A DNA stretch of 64,000 nucleotides from contig OZ176055.1 of NCBI GenBank assembly GCA_964247055.1, forward strand, positions 496,001 through 560,000, written 5' to 3'. Both the position numbers and the translations under genes were made by a program. The notes beneath the pieces were generated by a model that was not told where the DNA came from, did not search any database, and was given only the letters and a program-made list of their open reading frames with translations. This DNA is from Paragordius varius (taxonomy: Eukaryota; Animalia; Nematomorpha). Every line of letters starts with the position of its first letter. The first letter of the stretch is position 1. Shown here piece by piece: positions 1 through 11,465 of this stretch.

Positions 1-1334
1 AGTGTTGCCTTAATAGGAATTTAATAAAGTTACCGTTTTCTTGACCAAAGCCACATAATGGTGGCTATTAACTATCTTGCTTATTCCACTTTTATTTTTC
101 AACTTTTTATAAATCTGCTTTAAGTTAAACCTACCATTTATTCCGTTATTTGCAAAACTAGCAACCCTAGTACATCAAAACTGTTTAGAAAAATTTAGCT
201 CATATAAATTCATTGGTTTCAGTATTTACTCTATAAAAATAAAAATACGGTAAATGGTCCCAAGACAGAGCCCCAAACTATGCTAAATACGTCTTCACAT
301 AATCGTTAAAATCATTTTCCAGAAGCGTATAGGTTTATTATAATGAATGTCCAGGTATAGACGCTTAAATTATAATCTGGTTTTTTTTTAAAAAAACTAA
401 CCACTAGATTTACTGTAAAACACAAAAATGATGGATTAGCAAGAAACATGTGTAATTATAAGATATCAATGATTCAATATGCCATTAATATATACACCTA
501 TTATGATGAAGCCGATTCTAATTTAAACCATAACACATTGACAAATTAAGCCATTATTTTTTAGCTAGATTGTTGTTTAATAAGGCCATCAGTGAACATT
601 AATTATAAATCCATTAAACGAATCAAAAACTCATTGGGTGATATCTATCATCATGTTTGGAGTAAAAAAATTTATTAGCTCCGTTTTTTATATACATTCT
701 TTTTAATGCCTGTAATTTTAGTAACTGTTACACGTTTCGACTATGCCACAGTAATTTTCTATAAAGTCCGTCCAGTTAAAAAAACTAAAGGTACCATGAA
801 TTTGATTTAAGTTCTGTCAAAAAATCTCATAACGTTTTAAGGTACACAACCGTTAACTTTTAATAATTTAGTTAGTGGCCATTTTTTATTTTTTTTTAAA
901 TATTTGCTAAAAATATTCACAATTATATTATATCAATTGATTATATGTTTTAAACCTAAGATTATGTTTTTAGCGTCTTGATAAATTGTACTCTCCGATA
1001 AATAATTACATTAGCTCAGATAATTCAAAAATTTATTATAACCCAGACTGCCAAATTTTTATAATCGTAAACAAGCAAATAAGATATAAATTAAGTACAC
1101 GCATTAGATGATTAGATATTTGAGCGTTAAAGCTCACTCTGTAATCGATAAAATTGCTTAGCTGGTAAGGTCAAAAGATTAAAATACCATTTATATAAAC
1201 AACAGCTTTCATAGGCTTTTTTTACCGTTTAATCAATCATTATAATTTAAGCTTGTTGAACTCCAACGTATTCGACAGTTTTTTTCAACTAAATATTTAG
1301 CACTTTTTATTTATCAAAACAAACCATCATAAAT

Positions 1335-2035
1335 ATGAGAAAATTTGGTTTCTTCCTTATATTCCTAAGTTGTTTGGCATTATGCCTTAATGGAGATGCA
1401 GGACCTGATCCAGAAGCCAATGCGGAGGCCCACGCTGAAGCACAACCTGACCCTTCCCCAAGGCCCGAAGCTGGCCCTCAACGTATTTATATAAATTTTA
1501 TGCTTTTTATAAATTTTATGCTTTTTATAAATTTTATCCTTTTTTATAAATTTTTTTATAAAATTTAAAATACCATATTGCCTTAAACATTTAGTAGTCT
1601 AAAACATTTTCTTAAGTTTTTAAAGCTAAACATTGATAGATAAATTTATAACATTTATAATACAAGTAAAATTGAAATTATTTACAGACACAAAGTACAA
1701 ACAAAAGACAAATATTTTTTTTGAAAAGACAATCAATCATCAATTTCAAACCTTAATTTTTCCTTAATCAATCTAATGACATTGTTTAGTACAAAAGTGA
1801 TTATGATGTTACCAATACATTTTAATACATACAATTTCAAAAAAATATAATGCAGTGAAAACTGCATTATATAGGGGCCGTCTCTCAGGCTATATAGCGA
1901 ATATTTTTATATATATGAATAGATTCGTATGAACAGATTGAACCATCCGATTTAAGCCAAGTGTCGTGTTTAGAAAGTTGTACGAGTGAAGATCCCCAAC
2001 GAGATGCCACTTGCAGACAATCCTGTCAAAAATAA
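1335..2035 (+). CDS. Secreted prepropeptide, 86 aa, 2 exons (1335-1482, 1923-2035): signal peptide, X-Ala/X-Pro dipeptide pro-region, 4-Cys helical-hairpin-like mature peptide
   Basis: Exon 1 encodes MRKFGFFLIFLSCLALCLNG then DA GP DP EA NA EA HA EA QP DP SP RP EA GP Q and ends at a phase-1 GT (1483). The AG at 1921-1922 opens H-SYEQIEPSDLSQVSCLESCTSEDPQRDATCRQSCQK-TAA(2033-2035), 261 nt in total. That frame is closed by a TGA at 1916-1918 just upstream of the acceptor. AATAAA overlaps the stop. Confidence 0.72.
1490..1565. repeat. Short tandem repeat, ~18-nt unit (ATAAATTTTATGCTTTTT), ~4 copies, at the intron 5' end
   Basis: Directly visible. It produces the spurious INFMLF-INFMLF-INFILF tail of the 1335..1568 ORF. 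Confidence 0.8.
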
Positions 2036-2189
2036 ATAAATTTAACCAATCACACTTATCATTCTTATCAATCGAAAAATGAATGCTGAAATTCAAATTG
2101 ATTTTTTTAAAAATTTTAATTAAATAAAAAACTTTCTCTTATTTTTTATTTTGTATGGGGCATCCAAAATTATAATAAATAGTCAATTT

Positions 2190-2370
2190 ATATATCAAAC
2201 GCAACATTTTTCAAATTCAAACGCATCATTTTTTAACCAAACGCCACATAATCATCCAAAAAAGGATTCAGAAATGTTGCTTTCACTTGAAATGTTGCGA
2301 TTGGTTGGAAATATGTTGCGTTTGGATTAAAAATGCTTAAAAGGTGTTGCTTTTGACTGAAAAATGGTAT
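2190..2370. mobile_element. Palindromic MITE-like element with ~21-bp AAACGCAACATTTTT subrepeats (family C)
   Basis: CAACATTTT arrays on the left and AAAATGTTG arrays on the right. The end TTTGACTGAAAAATGGTAT is shared with the copy at 37145-37328, and a related copy lies near 39700-39830. Confidence 0.6.
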
Positions 2371-3029
2371 ATAAGATGTTTTCAAGAGGAAGAAATAATA
2401 TTTAGGAAGGATTGAATATAATATTTTAATCGGCAGTAATAATGAGACAACTCAGTTTTTTGGAGGTATATCAAACCATTTTGTAATTCAAATTTTTATA
2501 TTGTATAGCTTAAAATTAGCAATCAAACGATATAAAATTTGCTATGATTTAAAATAATTTTTTAGCCATATTCTGTATGAAAAAGCTTAACATCATATGT
2601 AAAAATCTATCTTTGAAAATAAATTTTAAGTTTGTTCGTCGGAAGCTTTTAGAAAATAATGATATTTATTTTCGAAATAGTATTCTCAGGAAATTATAGG
2701 GAATATTCGGAATGCAGGTAAGAACCAAGACCCGCAGTTAATACGAATTCGCTTAATAGTCAATATTTAGAGATCATTTAAAAAACCTTTACGTCTTATG
2801 ATGTAGTATATTTATATATATATAGATATATATTAGCGTAAATCTCGTGCTGCCACGCAGCCCGAGGAAGTCCTTCGGACTTCTGGGGGGGAGGCTATTG
2901 GAAAAACGGGACAATAAAATGATCCACATATGAGGATTATTTCGAAACATTATTTAATAGATATGATTTTATAGGAATTTTAAAACGGAGCATTCACACT
3001 AATATATTGTTTAATTGGGGGAAAAATAT

Positions 3030-3730
3030 ATTTAAATAGTTATTTTTGTGGACTTTTTATAAAAATGGCATTTTACGGGGGGAGCGGGTAAAAAGAGGGT
3101 CTAAATCAAAAAAGTGAGTCGACTATGTTCGGCGGGATCAAAAATAATTAAACAAAAATCATATTTGAAATTGAATGGTCCAACACATTCTCCGGAAAAT
3201 TGTCACAACCCGTTTTTCACACGGGGTGGGCCCGAACTGGGGGCCTATTTCAAAAAAAGGGCGAAGCTATTGTCGGGGCATTCATTAATGATTATATTTT
3301 TTCGATATTTGGATTTGATTAGGTTCACCGGTTTTCCGGAAACAGATCACAAAGTTACATGAGGAATCAGTTTTTAGCAGGTAGCTTTTTACCCAGCAGT
3401 CAAAAAATTTTTTTTGTGGACTTTGTTTTTTTTTGAAAAAACGGCATTTTACGGGGGGAGCGGGTAAAAAGAGGGCCTAAATTAAAAAAGCGAGACGACT
3501 ATGTTCAGCGCAATCGAAAATAAGTAAACAAAAATCATATTTGAAATTGAATGGTTCAACACGTTCTCCGGAAAATTGTCACAACCCGTTTTTCACACGG
3601 GGTGGGCCCGAACTGGGGGCCTATTTCGAAAAAAGGGCGAAGCTATTGTCGGAGCATTCATTAATGATTATATTTTTTTGATGTTTGGATTTGATTGGGT
3701 CTACCGGTTTTCCTGTACCAGATCACAAAG
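3030..3730 (+). repeat. Dispersed repeat family D, tandem duplicated ~370-bp unit
   Basis: About 3030-3400 and 3405-3730 are near-identical (GGCATTTTACGGGGGGAGCGGGTAAAAAGAGGG...GGGGTGGGCCCGAACTGGGGGCC). Reverse-complement copies lie at ~46790-47140 and ~58990-59350. Confidence 0.8.
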
Positions 3731-4399
3731 TCAGCATTTTCCATTTTTATAAATATATAGATTTCATAACAGTTGGCTGAGATTTTATTAGTTAACTATA
3801 ATTTACTCTATACATTTGTTTCCAAATTTTGTCGCCAGTGTTACAAAAGTGATAACTTTCTTAAATCACTCAAAAGGCCAAAATAAAAGGACCATGATAA
3901 TCCTGATATATTTTCCAAACAGAAATATATATATATATATATATTTCATCAGAATAGTTTTTGTTTCCCGATTTTCGCAGTTTTTATATGTATCAGATGC
4001 CTAACACAAATTGCTTGGCATTTCCAATAAAATCGTATGGGCGTTAATAAAATAATATATCACAAAGGCAGACTCTAAAAAACCACAAGCCCAACTACTA
4101 ATTATGGACCAACTATTGCTATATCATTTTAAAGCCTTAAAATAAATATCTTTTTTTAAAAAAAGAATAGCTTAAAATCCAGTCATTGGATAAAATTTAG
4201 TATATATATACAGCCTAAAATACTAATTAACCCTTAATCTTACATTGGTCTTATTAATGAGCACAACATAAAAACACAAAAAATAATATTAAGAATAATT
4301 AATTAAAGTATTTAACTTTAACTATGAATTTTTAAACATTTTTTTGAAAGAGAGAGAATTTGAATTCATTTTAAAACGAGACGGCACAAAGCCGTCTCC

Positions 4400-6520
4400 G
4401 GATTTTTAGTGATATGAATTACAGAGTAGGAAATCTCTTCTATTGGAAGGCACAAACTACCTCCAGAAAGTGACCTTTCTTTGCAATGATTGTCATCTGC
4501 CGATTGGTAACACTTTTTTGCTGATAGCCAACATAAACCAAACTTTAGATTTACTAGAAATTTATCCCCTTAACAAATTGATTTTGTCACCCATATGGGA
4601 AACAGATCTTGCCTGTCGTTAAGGACATTATCTGCTTGATTTATTATGATTTGTTTGGTGACCACCTTTTACTCCGAATCATAGAGAAGGAGGTTAATTT
4701 GAATGGGATATCGTGTTTTGTGGCTTCGAAAACCAAGCAGGCAAGCTCTCTAAGAAGATTGGCTACCTACATGCACAAAGCGGTTTCTTCATGCTATACA
4801 TAATAAATGTCAAACGCAGATCGATTGAAGCGCAAAGATAATATCACTGTGTGCAAAAAAATCTTTGACAAAATAATTTTTTTTTCGTGAGATAGCTTAT
4901 GACGAGAGTATTTATTTACCGTAAAAAATTTTATTTGTTTACGACCTAGTTTTTGATATATTGAGAGAAAATCGACATCGGGCAAAAAGTAAAAATTAAG
5001 TTTAAATAAGGATAATTCAAAATAATAATGATAAAATTTGAGATATTATGGTTTATTATCATTTAGGAAATATTTTCAATAACATGACCTAAAATCATAT
5101 AGTTAGGATTTCCATAAAATCTCTGTCAAAAAATGGTGTTTTTCTTTTAACACACTTAAAAGACAATTTTTTATGAAATTATACTAAAATATTTTTTTTT
5201 AATTATTTACTAACTAAACTCACTATTAATATCTTAAAATTATATTTTATTCAGTAAAACTTAATATCATAATACCAAAAATTATTGTTTTATATTTTTT
5301 TTCCTTTAGTTTATGAGTGTATAATAAATTTATACTGATTTATTTTGGAATCTTACATGAGTTAGAATTTAAAGTACATATTTTATGCAAAATAGGATTT
5401 AAGAGAGGAATAACAACTAACAATTCTTACTAATCCCTGTGATAAGTCTGTTTTACAAATTAATATTATTGTTGGGATTACAAATTGCTGGTTGATATTC
5501 CACTACTTTCTTGCACCGTTCTACGTTGATTTCTTGGGTGAAAGGAAAACATCTCAGGATGGCATTATTGACAAACACCCATCAATAAAAGAAACGTTTT
5601 AGTTAGGTATCGAGTTTTTACAAATAATAATGTGTCTGGACAAAAGCATGGCTGTATCATTTATAATTACTTAGAACTCATGTTATGGATGCATAGGAAA
5701 ATTTGAAATAAGATCCGACCATCTTTGATGATTACAAAGGGATAGCCCTTGTAAAAACATATAAAATCTTGGCTAATGTTGATCAGACAATGCACCATTT
5801 TAACGATGAACACCATGCAATTCTGTGGTCTCAGCCGTAGATAGGAACAATGAACCTCAACCTCTTTTGTTTTTTGGTTATCGTCGAAAAAAAGGCAGCA
5901 CCACAAACACCTTCTATTGGTATCGTCGACATAACCAAGACTTTCATTAAGCTGGACAAAGACGCAATGCTTTTTTTGGATAAAGTTGATATGATGGAAA
6001 ATGCTAAAAGAAAAAGGCGGAATGGCGGTTGTAGCGGAACACTCGAGAATTTATTCAGAAAGATGTTTATTGCAGGGATGTCTATTGTCACCTAAGATTT
6101 TCATCTTGACGATGGACTTGACAGTTTAAATTACACACAGTCCTCTCCAACGACTTCTTACATGTATTGGCATGCAGATGACCTTTGATTTGTGAAGAAA
6201 ACTTGAGCCAATATCTCCGGCTGGAATGTGAAGGGTAGTCGTCGGTTTAAATTTTGATTTTGACAAATCAAAAATTATGATGATCCAGCTGATACTAGAA
6301 AGTTCACAACTACTTGGCCCATCAATTACGCCATAATGAAATGAGCTCTTTTAAGAGCAACTGTTAATTAGATGTTTGTTTGCCCAATCTCTGGAAATTT
6401 AGAAGGATTTCTAGCAGCGTGTTGGCATTGCAGAAACTGATTTTGTTGACCTAGTGATGATAGGTAATTGGTAAGCTCATCGGAAAATAATATGCTGGAT
6501 AAAGATAACGTCTATATTGG
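4400..6520 (+). mobile_element. Highly decayed non-LTR retrotransposon (RTE-like LINE): APE endonuclease and RT remnants
   Basis: Broken frames read LPIGNTF and FGDHLLL (APE motifs), DYKGIALVKTYKIL, LVIVEK...IVDITKTF, HADDL (YADD) and GLNFDFDKSKIM, in LINE order, with many stops and frameshifts. Confidence 0.6.
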
Positions 6521-6689
6521 GCCATACGTAGCGTCGGCGTGAGCGCCGCGTCAGAAACTACGTGCAAAAAGGGTCGATTCGGTGGGGATAGTTTCTGGTC
6601 GTTAATTAAGAGGCATATTTAATCATCTATTAATTATTTGTAAAAATTATACGTTTCACTGTTATTCGTTAGAAGAACCAAAAAAAGTG

Positions 6690-6880
6690 CCTCTCTGCCC
6701 AGATACGTGTTTGTAAGAAGGCGGACAAGGTCGTAGTGTGTGGAAAGTAAGGAGAGGGATCATGCCTGTCACATTCTTTTCTGGATACCTGAATCTTCGC
6801 GGACCGCACAAAAGTCACAGAAGGCCGCATACAGTCCATAGTAACATCGCACCGCACGCCTCCCTAGTGCCTATATTCTT
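6690..6880 (+). repeat. Unclassified GC-richer repeat fragment, related to 58880-58990
   Basis: GAAGGCGGACAAGGTCGTAGTGTGTGGAAAGT resembles GAAGGCGGTAAGGGTCGTCCTGTGCGAACAGT near 58915. Confidence 0.35.
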
Positions 6881-7216
6881 TAAGGGCTGAATGGAGTATT
6901 TGACTGACAGATGGGCAAAAATATTTCTACACCCTTAACTTTTATAACTAAGCTTTTTATTACAATCATAGCAGAGTAGCGCTTAAAACGGCGCTGGTGT
7001 GAAAACTAAATACTTAATCATTGCCTATGAGCGAATAATCACCTGCTAAAAAACGCCTTGATCTAAATTTTGCAATAAACAACTAACTAAAATAAATTTT
7101 AAAACTTTTAACTAATCAAATAAAACCATTAACATCTGAATTCAGGTGTGCAAAAAATTATTCTAAAAGCAATTGCATTGGTTATATATGATCACTCTCC
7201 ACAGTCTATCCACCAA

Positions 7217-7289
7217 GCCCCAGTGGCGCAATGGATAGCGCGTCGGACTTCTAATTCGGAGGTTGCGGGTTCGAATCCCGTCTGGGGTG
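7217..7289 (+). tRNA. tRNA-Arg (anticodon TCT), intronless
   Basis: GCCCCAG/CTGGGGT acceptor stem, A-box TGGCGCAATGG, anticodon loop CTTCTAA, B-box GGTTCGAATCC, 73 nt, followed by a T7 run. Confidence 0.95.
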
Positions 7290-7291
7290 CA

Positions 7292-7298
7292 TTTTTTT
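7292..7298 (+). terminator. RNA polymerase III oligo-T terminator of tRNA-Arg
   Basis: TTTTTTT begins 3 nt after the tRNA 3' end. Confidence 0.8.
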
Positions 7299-7403
7299 AT
7301 ATTTTTTTAATATTTATTTAATATAAGCACATGGTATGCACACATAGATATTATATATATTTATAAAAAAATTAAATATTTTGTATAATTTTTTTGATTA
7401 TTA

Positions 7404-9213
7404 TCAACTAGAACCTCGAAGCGCTCCCAAAATGACAGGAAAAATGAGTGCGAAAATGGAATAGCAAGCAACAGTTATGGCTAAAGAGCTCATTTTAAGA
7501 CGCCATTCTAAATCTTGTTCATTCGCTTCAAGCAATGCAAGTAACTCCTTTTTATCAATGAAATTTAATTGCACAATGTCTGTTTTACCACTTAATAAGG
7601 CTTTCTTAATATCTTCCATATCTTTTTCAACAGATTTTGGGGGTTGCTCGACACCCTTCTCGGTGTTTAGTTTAATGTCATTATTTGTTACCATTTCTCC
7701 CTGGTTGTTTGCATTTGAATTAGTATGGATTGCAAATATAGGTGAATGAAGTAGGGTAGTATTTTGAAGAATTTGGTGCCAAATGTTTGGTAAATCGTTC
7801 AAATATTGCTTGTAGGACAATTTTCTTTTTTGATAAAATTGATAAAAGCTATCATAAAATTGGGTCCCAAAGGGCGTTGTTTGCGATTTGGCTGATCTAT
7901 TCCTAATCCTCAAAACATCCAACGATAGTAAGAGTTTCAAATCCGTTACAAAATTTTCAAATGTTTGTCTTTGCCTCTGTAATTCTTCCAAAAGTTGTTT
8001 TTCATTATCCTGAGTCCGGATTGTGGGTATTGTTAAATTATTAATATTGGAGCTAGTTTCAATCGGTATGGGTCCATTTTTATTCTTATCACCATTTTGT
8101 TCAACAATCAACGTTTTTAATTGCTTCATTTTAATACTGTTATTCACGTTGCTACAGATGAAACCCAACAAAATACCCAAAATTGATCCAACCAGCGAAA
8201 TGTATTTCGTTTTTTCATTTTGAATTTTTTCGGTTTCGTGACTTTCACGGAGCGCAGACGATAACATTTGAAATGATAGCCTTTCATGCTCCTCGGCTGC
8301 CTTGAATTCCTTTTCAAGATCCATTTGTCGCTTCAGGATATTGTGTTCTTGAGTCACCAAATCTAAATATCTGAGAAATATATTTTTTTAAAGTTTTACA
8401 ATTCAACAAAGTTGTCATACATGGCAAGAAAACTCTGAAGCCGGAGTCCTGATTTTTACCTACCTACATATTATTTTATGGTTTTTTGGAGTTTCATTTT
8501 TTGATTGATACAAATTAGCTAGCAAATTTTTTATATTGAAAATAAAAGGGTAAAATAGTGTATAAATTAGGAGGTTAAACGTTTAAAAATTAAAGGGATC
8601 ATATTTTTGGTTAACATTTCGACTGTTTTAGTAGGCTTTTTATTAAAACAAATAACTCACCTTATGTTAAATATTAAAAAATTATGGTATATTTTTTAAA
8701 CCAAATGTTCCCTGGGAATATCCATGTATTCGTACATAATTGTCTGGAAGGTGTTACCAAAAAAGTTAACATTTTTTAACTATATAAAATTCAAACTACA
8801 AAAATCAAACATACGATATAGTAAAATATACTTGTCATTTTGTCTCGGGGTTTTATCCAGCTCATTTCGGATACGACTTAATTCAATGTGTAGTGTCTTG
8901 AGAGATTTATCAAAAACTTTTCGAGAATCAGTGGCTCGTAAAAAATTATTTTCAGCATTAATTACGGTTTGCTGAGAATTTTTAACATCAGTTACACCTA
9001 ATAATTTAATATAATATATATGTATATACCAATAACATCCTCATATAACTTAAAAATATTTAGTGGATTTTTGGTGGTGATATTGTGTTCAGCTAATTTA
9101 TCATCGGTAATAGGCAATTGTTTTCTTTCTGTTTCGTTGTATACAATTAATTTTGGGTAAAAGGACGCATTTTTATTGATAAAACGCGACGCTATTTTTC
9201 TCAGATTTATCAT
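7404..9213 (-). CDS. CCDC51: Coiled-coil domain-containing protein 51 / mitochondrial potassium channel MITOK, ~438 aa, exons 9213-9030, 8997-8832, 8370-7404
   Basis: The spliced frame gives YEDVIGVTDVKNSQQTVINAENNF...DKYLDLVTQEH...SSALRESHETEKIQNEKTKYISLVGSILGILLG, matching CCDC51 motifs, plus a C-terminal hydrophobic helix. The N-terminus is basic and mitochondrial-presequence-like. CDS is 1317 nt with GT-AG introns of 32 and 461 nt. Confidence 0.88.
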
Positions 9214-9280
9214 AAAATATCATGTGCGTATCATGTGAGTAAATGCATGAGTAAAAAGCGCAAAATTTAAATTTTTTCAA
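9214..9280. promoter_or_regulatory. 67-bp head-to-head interval (putative bidirectional promoter / 5' UTRs) between CCDC51 and BARD1
   Basis: Divergent ATGs at 9213 (minus) and 9281 (plus). Contains the tandem ATCATGTGCGT-ATCATGTGAGT with two CATGTG E-box-like cores. Confidence 0.55.
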
Positions 9281-11465
9281 ATGGAATTGCAAGATATTGA
9301 AAAAATCAAATCAATCGTAAGCTGCGATGCTTGGTAGATATATTTATTATAAATTTTAGTCAAATGATTATGAAAGATCCAATGAATTACATAGGATGTG
9401 ACCATAAATTTTGCAGGTTTACCCAACCTCTAACTTTGTAGACGATGTTTGAAATGCGACCACTCTTGTTTGCTATGTAAAACTGAAGAAAGGGCTAAAC
9501 TAGACAACATGTTAAATAATGTCATTAAAATTTGTACTAAACTTTTAAATTTGCCCTCACAAGGTAAACCAATTTACTTTTATATAAAGCCAATGGTATT
9601 GAAACACCACCGCTTGATATTACAATTAAACAGTCGAAAACCAATTTAAAGGGCGAAACACCTCTTCATCAAGCAGCAATCAAGGTTAGTATTTGGGCGA
9701 TTAGTTTTGACAATCATTTTTGCTAAACCATATTATACAGGGTGATTTGAATCGTTGTAAAGAAGTTATCAATACTTTTTCCAAATCAATTACACCTGTA
9801 ACATCAAATAAGAATTGTGCGCTCCGAGACTTTTTGGACACGAAAGATAATGCAGGATGGGCCGCCCTTCATGAGGCCTGTAACCATGGAAACGCTCAAA
9901 TCGTGTCATATCTTGTAAGTCAGGGTGCTTCCGTTGACATCCTAGGACCTGATAATTTAACGCCTTTACACGATGCAATAACAAATGAACACATTGATTG
10001 TGTTCGCATTTTGCTGGAGTCTGGGGCTGATACACATATTAGGTTTGTAAATGAAAGATACTATTGGTTGTAAAAAACGGTTTTTTAAAACCCCCAAAGT
10101 TTTTCCTATAGGTAGCGTAAAAATTGGCTCAGGTTTATATACTACCATCAAAATTAAAAATACAAAGAAATCAAAGTAAAAGTGGTAATATTTTAACAGG
10201 TTAGGTAACACAAGTAAATTTCATAATTCACATTTTCAATCCAATAAATTTTATAGAAAATAATTAAGAATCAAAAATGTATAGTGTCTTATTGTGGCAT
10301 TTTAATATTCCTTTTTAAATTGTGATATAATATTTAATCAAATTGTATATATATATTTTAAAATTAATATTTTAGAACGATCAATGGTGAAAATGCATAC
10401 GATCTCGCTTCACCATACCCAGATATTCGTAAACTTTTGGAATCATATCCCAACGCTGTGTTAAACAAATCACACAACGATAATGTTAAAACTATAAATC
10501 CTGGACCAATTAGCAATACTACCAAGATAGTTTTGTTAACTAGTGGTAAGGATGAATCAAATTTGGTTGGAAATTTTTTAAGCATATTTACTCCGTTAAA
10601 TGTCATCGATATAACACTAATAGACAAATACCATTCCTCAGTCACACATTTAATTTGTTTCAATAATGATCATAATGATAATAATCTTTGTCAAAGAGAA
10701 CCCCAAACAGCTACCGAGAGCCCAAATAAAATAATTTTAGCCAAAAGAACGGTAAAATATTTAATGTGCGCCCTAACCCCTGGCTGTTGGATCCTTAATG
10801 AGGAATGGCTAAAGGAATGTATTTCTAATCGCCATATCGTAAATGAACAAGCCTATCAAATTACAGGGTGTCGCAATAAAACTCGTAATTTTATACCCTT
10901 AAGCTTAAATACTGCATCAAGGCCTTCAGAAAGTGGCATATTTTGCAGTTTTAATTTTTACTTGAAGGGCAGGCACGAAAACCCAAATCGTATAGAATTA
11001 ATAGATTTGATTAAACTAAGTGGGTCGGAGTTAGCATTGAAAGATCCTTCTCGTACATCAACCATAACACTCAAAAACAATAAGCGATCAACGATGGATC
11101 AAAAGAAAAAAGACAACACAGATAATAATATACTCAAAAGAATAAGCATATTTGATTTAGTATCCATGGATAAGGCGAATCAAACTAATATCGATACGTA
11201 TCGTGACATTAAAACTTTCATATTGTGCCCGAATGAAGACGCGTCAGAGATACCAAATAATAGTAAACATCCTCCGAATTTTTTCAATTACCTGATTGGC
11301 TTTTATGGTTTCACAGAGGAAAAGGAAAAAAGAATATCATCATACCATAAATATGATCCAAACTTAAACTATAACAAAAGTGAATACTCAAATTTTTACA
11401 TCGCTTCATGTATTATGAATGTTAATTGGTTTTTGGATAGTATTTCATACGCACAAATTATATGA
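9281..11465 (+). CDS. BARD1: BRCA1-associated RING domain protein 1 ortholog (RING, ankyrin repeats, tandem BRCT), ~572 aa, exons 9281-9333, 9360-9416, 9442-9563, 9590-9684, 9741-10042, 10376-11465
   Basis: Splicing restores the RING SCDACQMIMKDPMNYIGCDHKFCRRCLKCDHSCLLCK and the helix DNMLNNVIKICTKLLNL. Ankyrins: KTNLKGETPLHQAAIKGD, GWAALHEACNHG, NLTPLHDA. BRCT: KYLMCALTPGCWILNEEWLKECI and NVNWFLDSIS. CDS is 1719 nt, divisible by 3. Confidence 0.92.

Noticed and set aside
1483-1568. C-terminal half of the 77-aa ORF 1335..1568 (RIYINFMLF...)
   Set aside because: Read-through into an intron made of an 18-nt tandem repeat. A phase-1 GT at 1483 and a better exon 2 exist.
3114-3362. 82-aa ORF with GTG start
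   Set aside because: Lies wholly in repeat family D. The adjacent duplicate and other copies do not keep the frame.
7477-10663. ORFs 7477..7749, 8023..8223, 8724..8975, 9790..10035, 9966..10211, 10364..10663 (and 1890..2096)
   Set aside because: Antisense shadows of CCDC51, BARD1 or the peptide exon, with no independent motifs.
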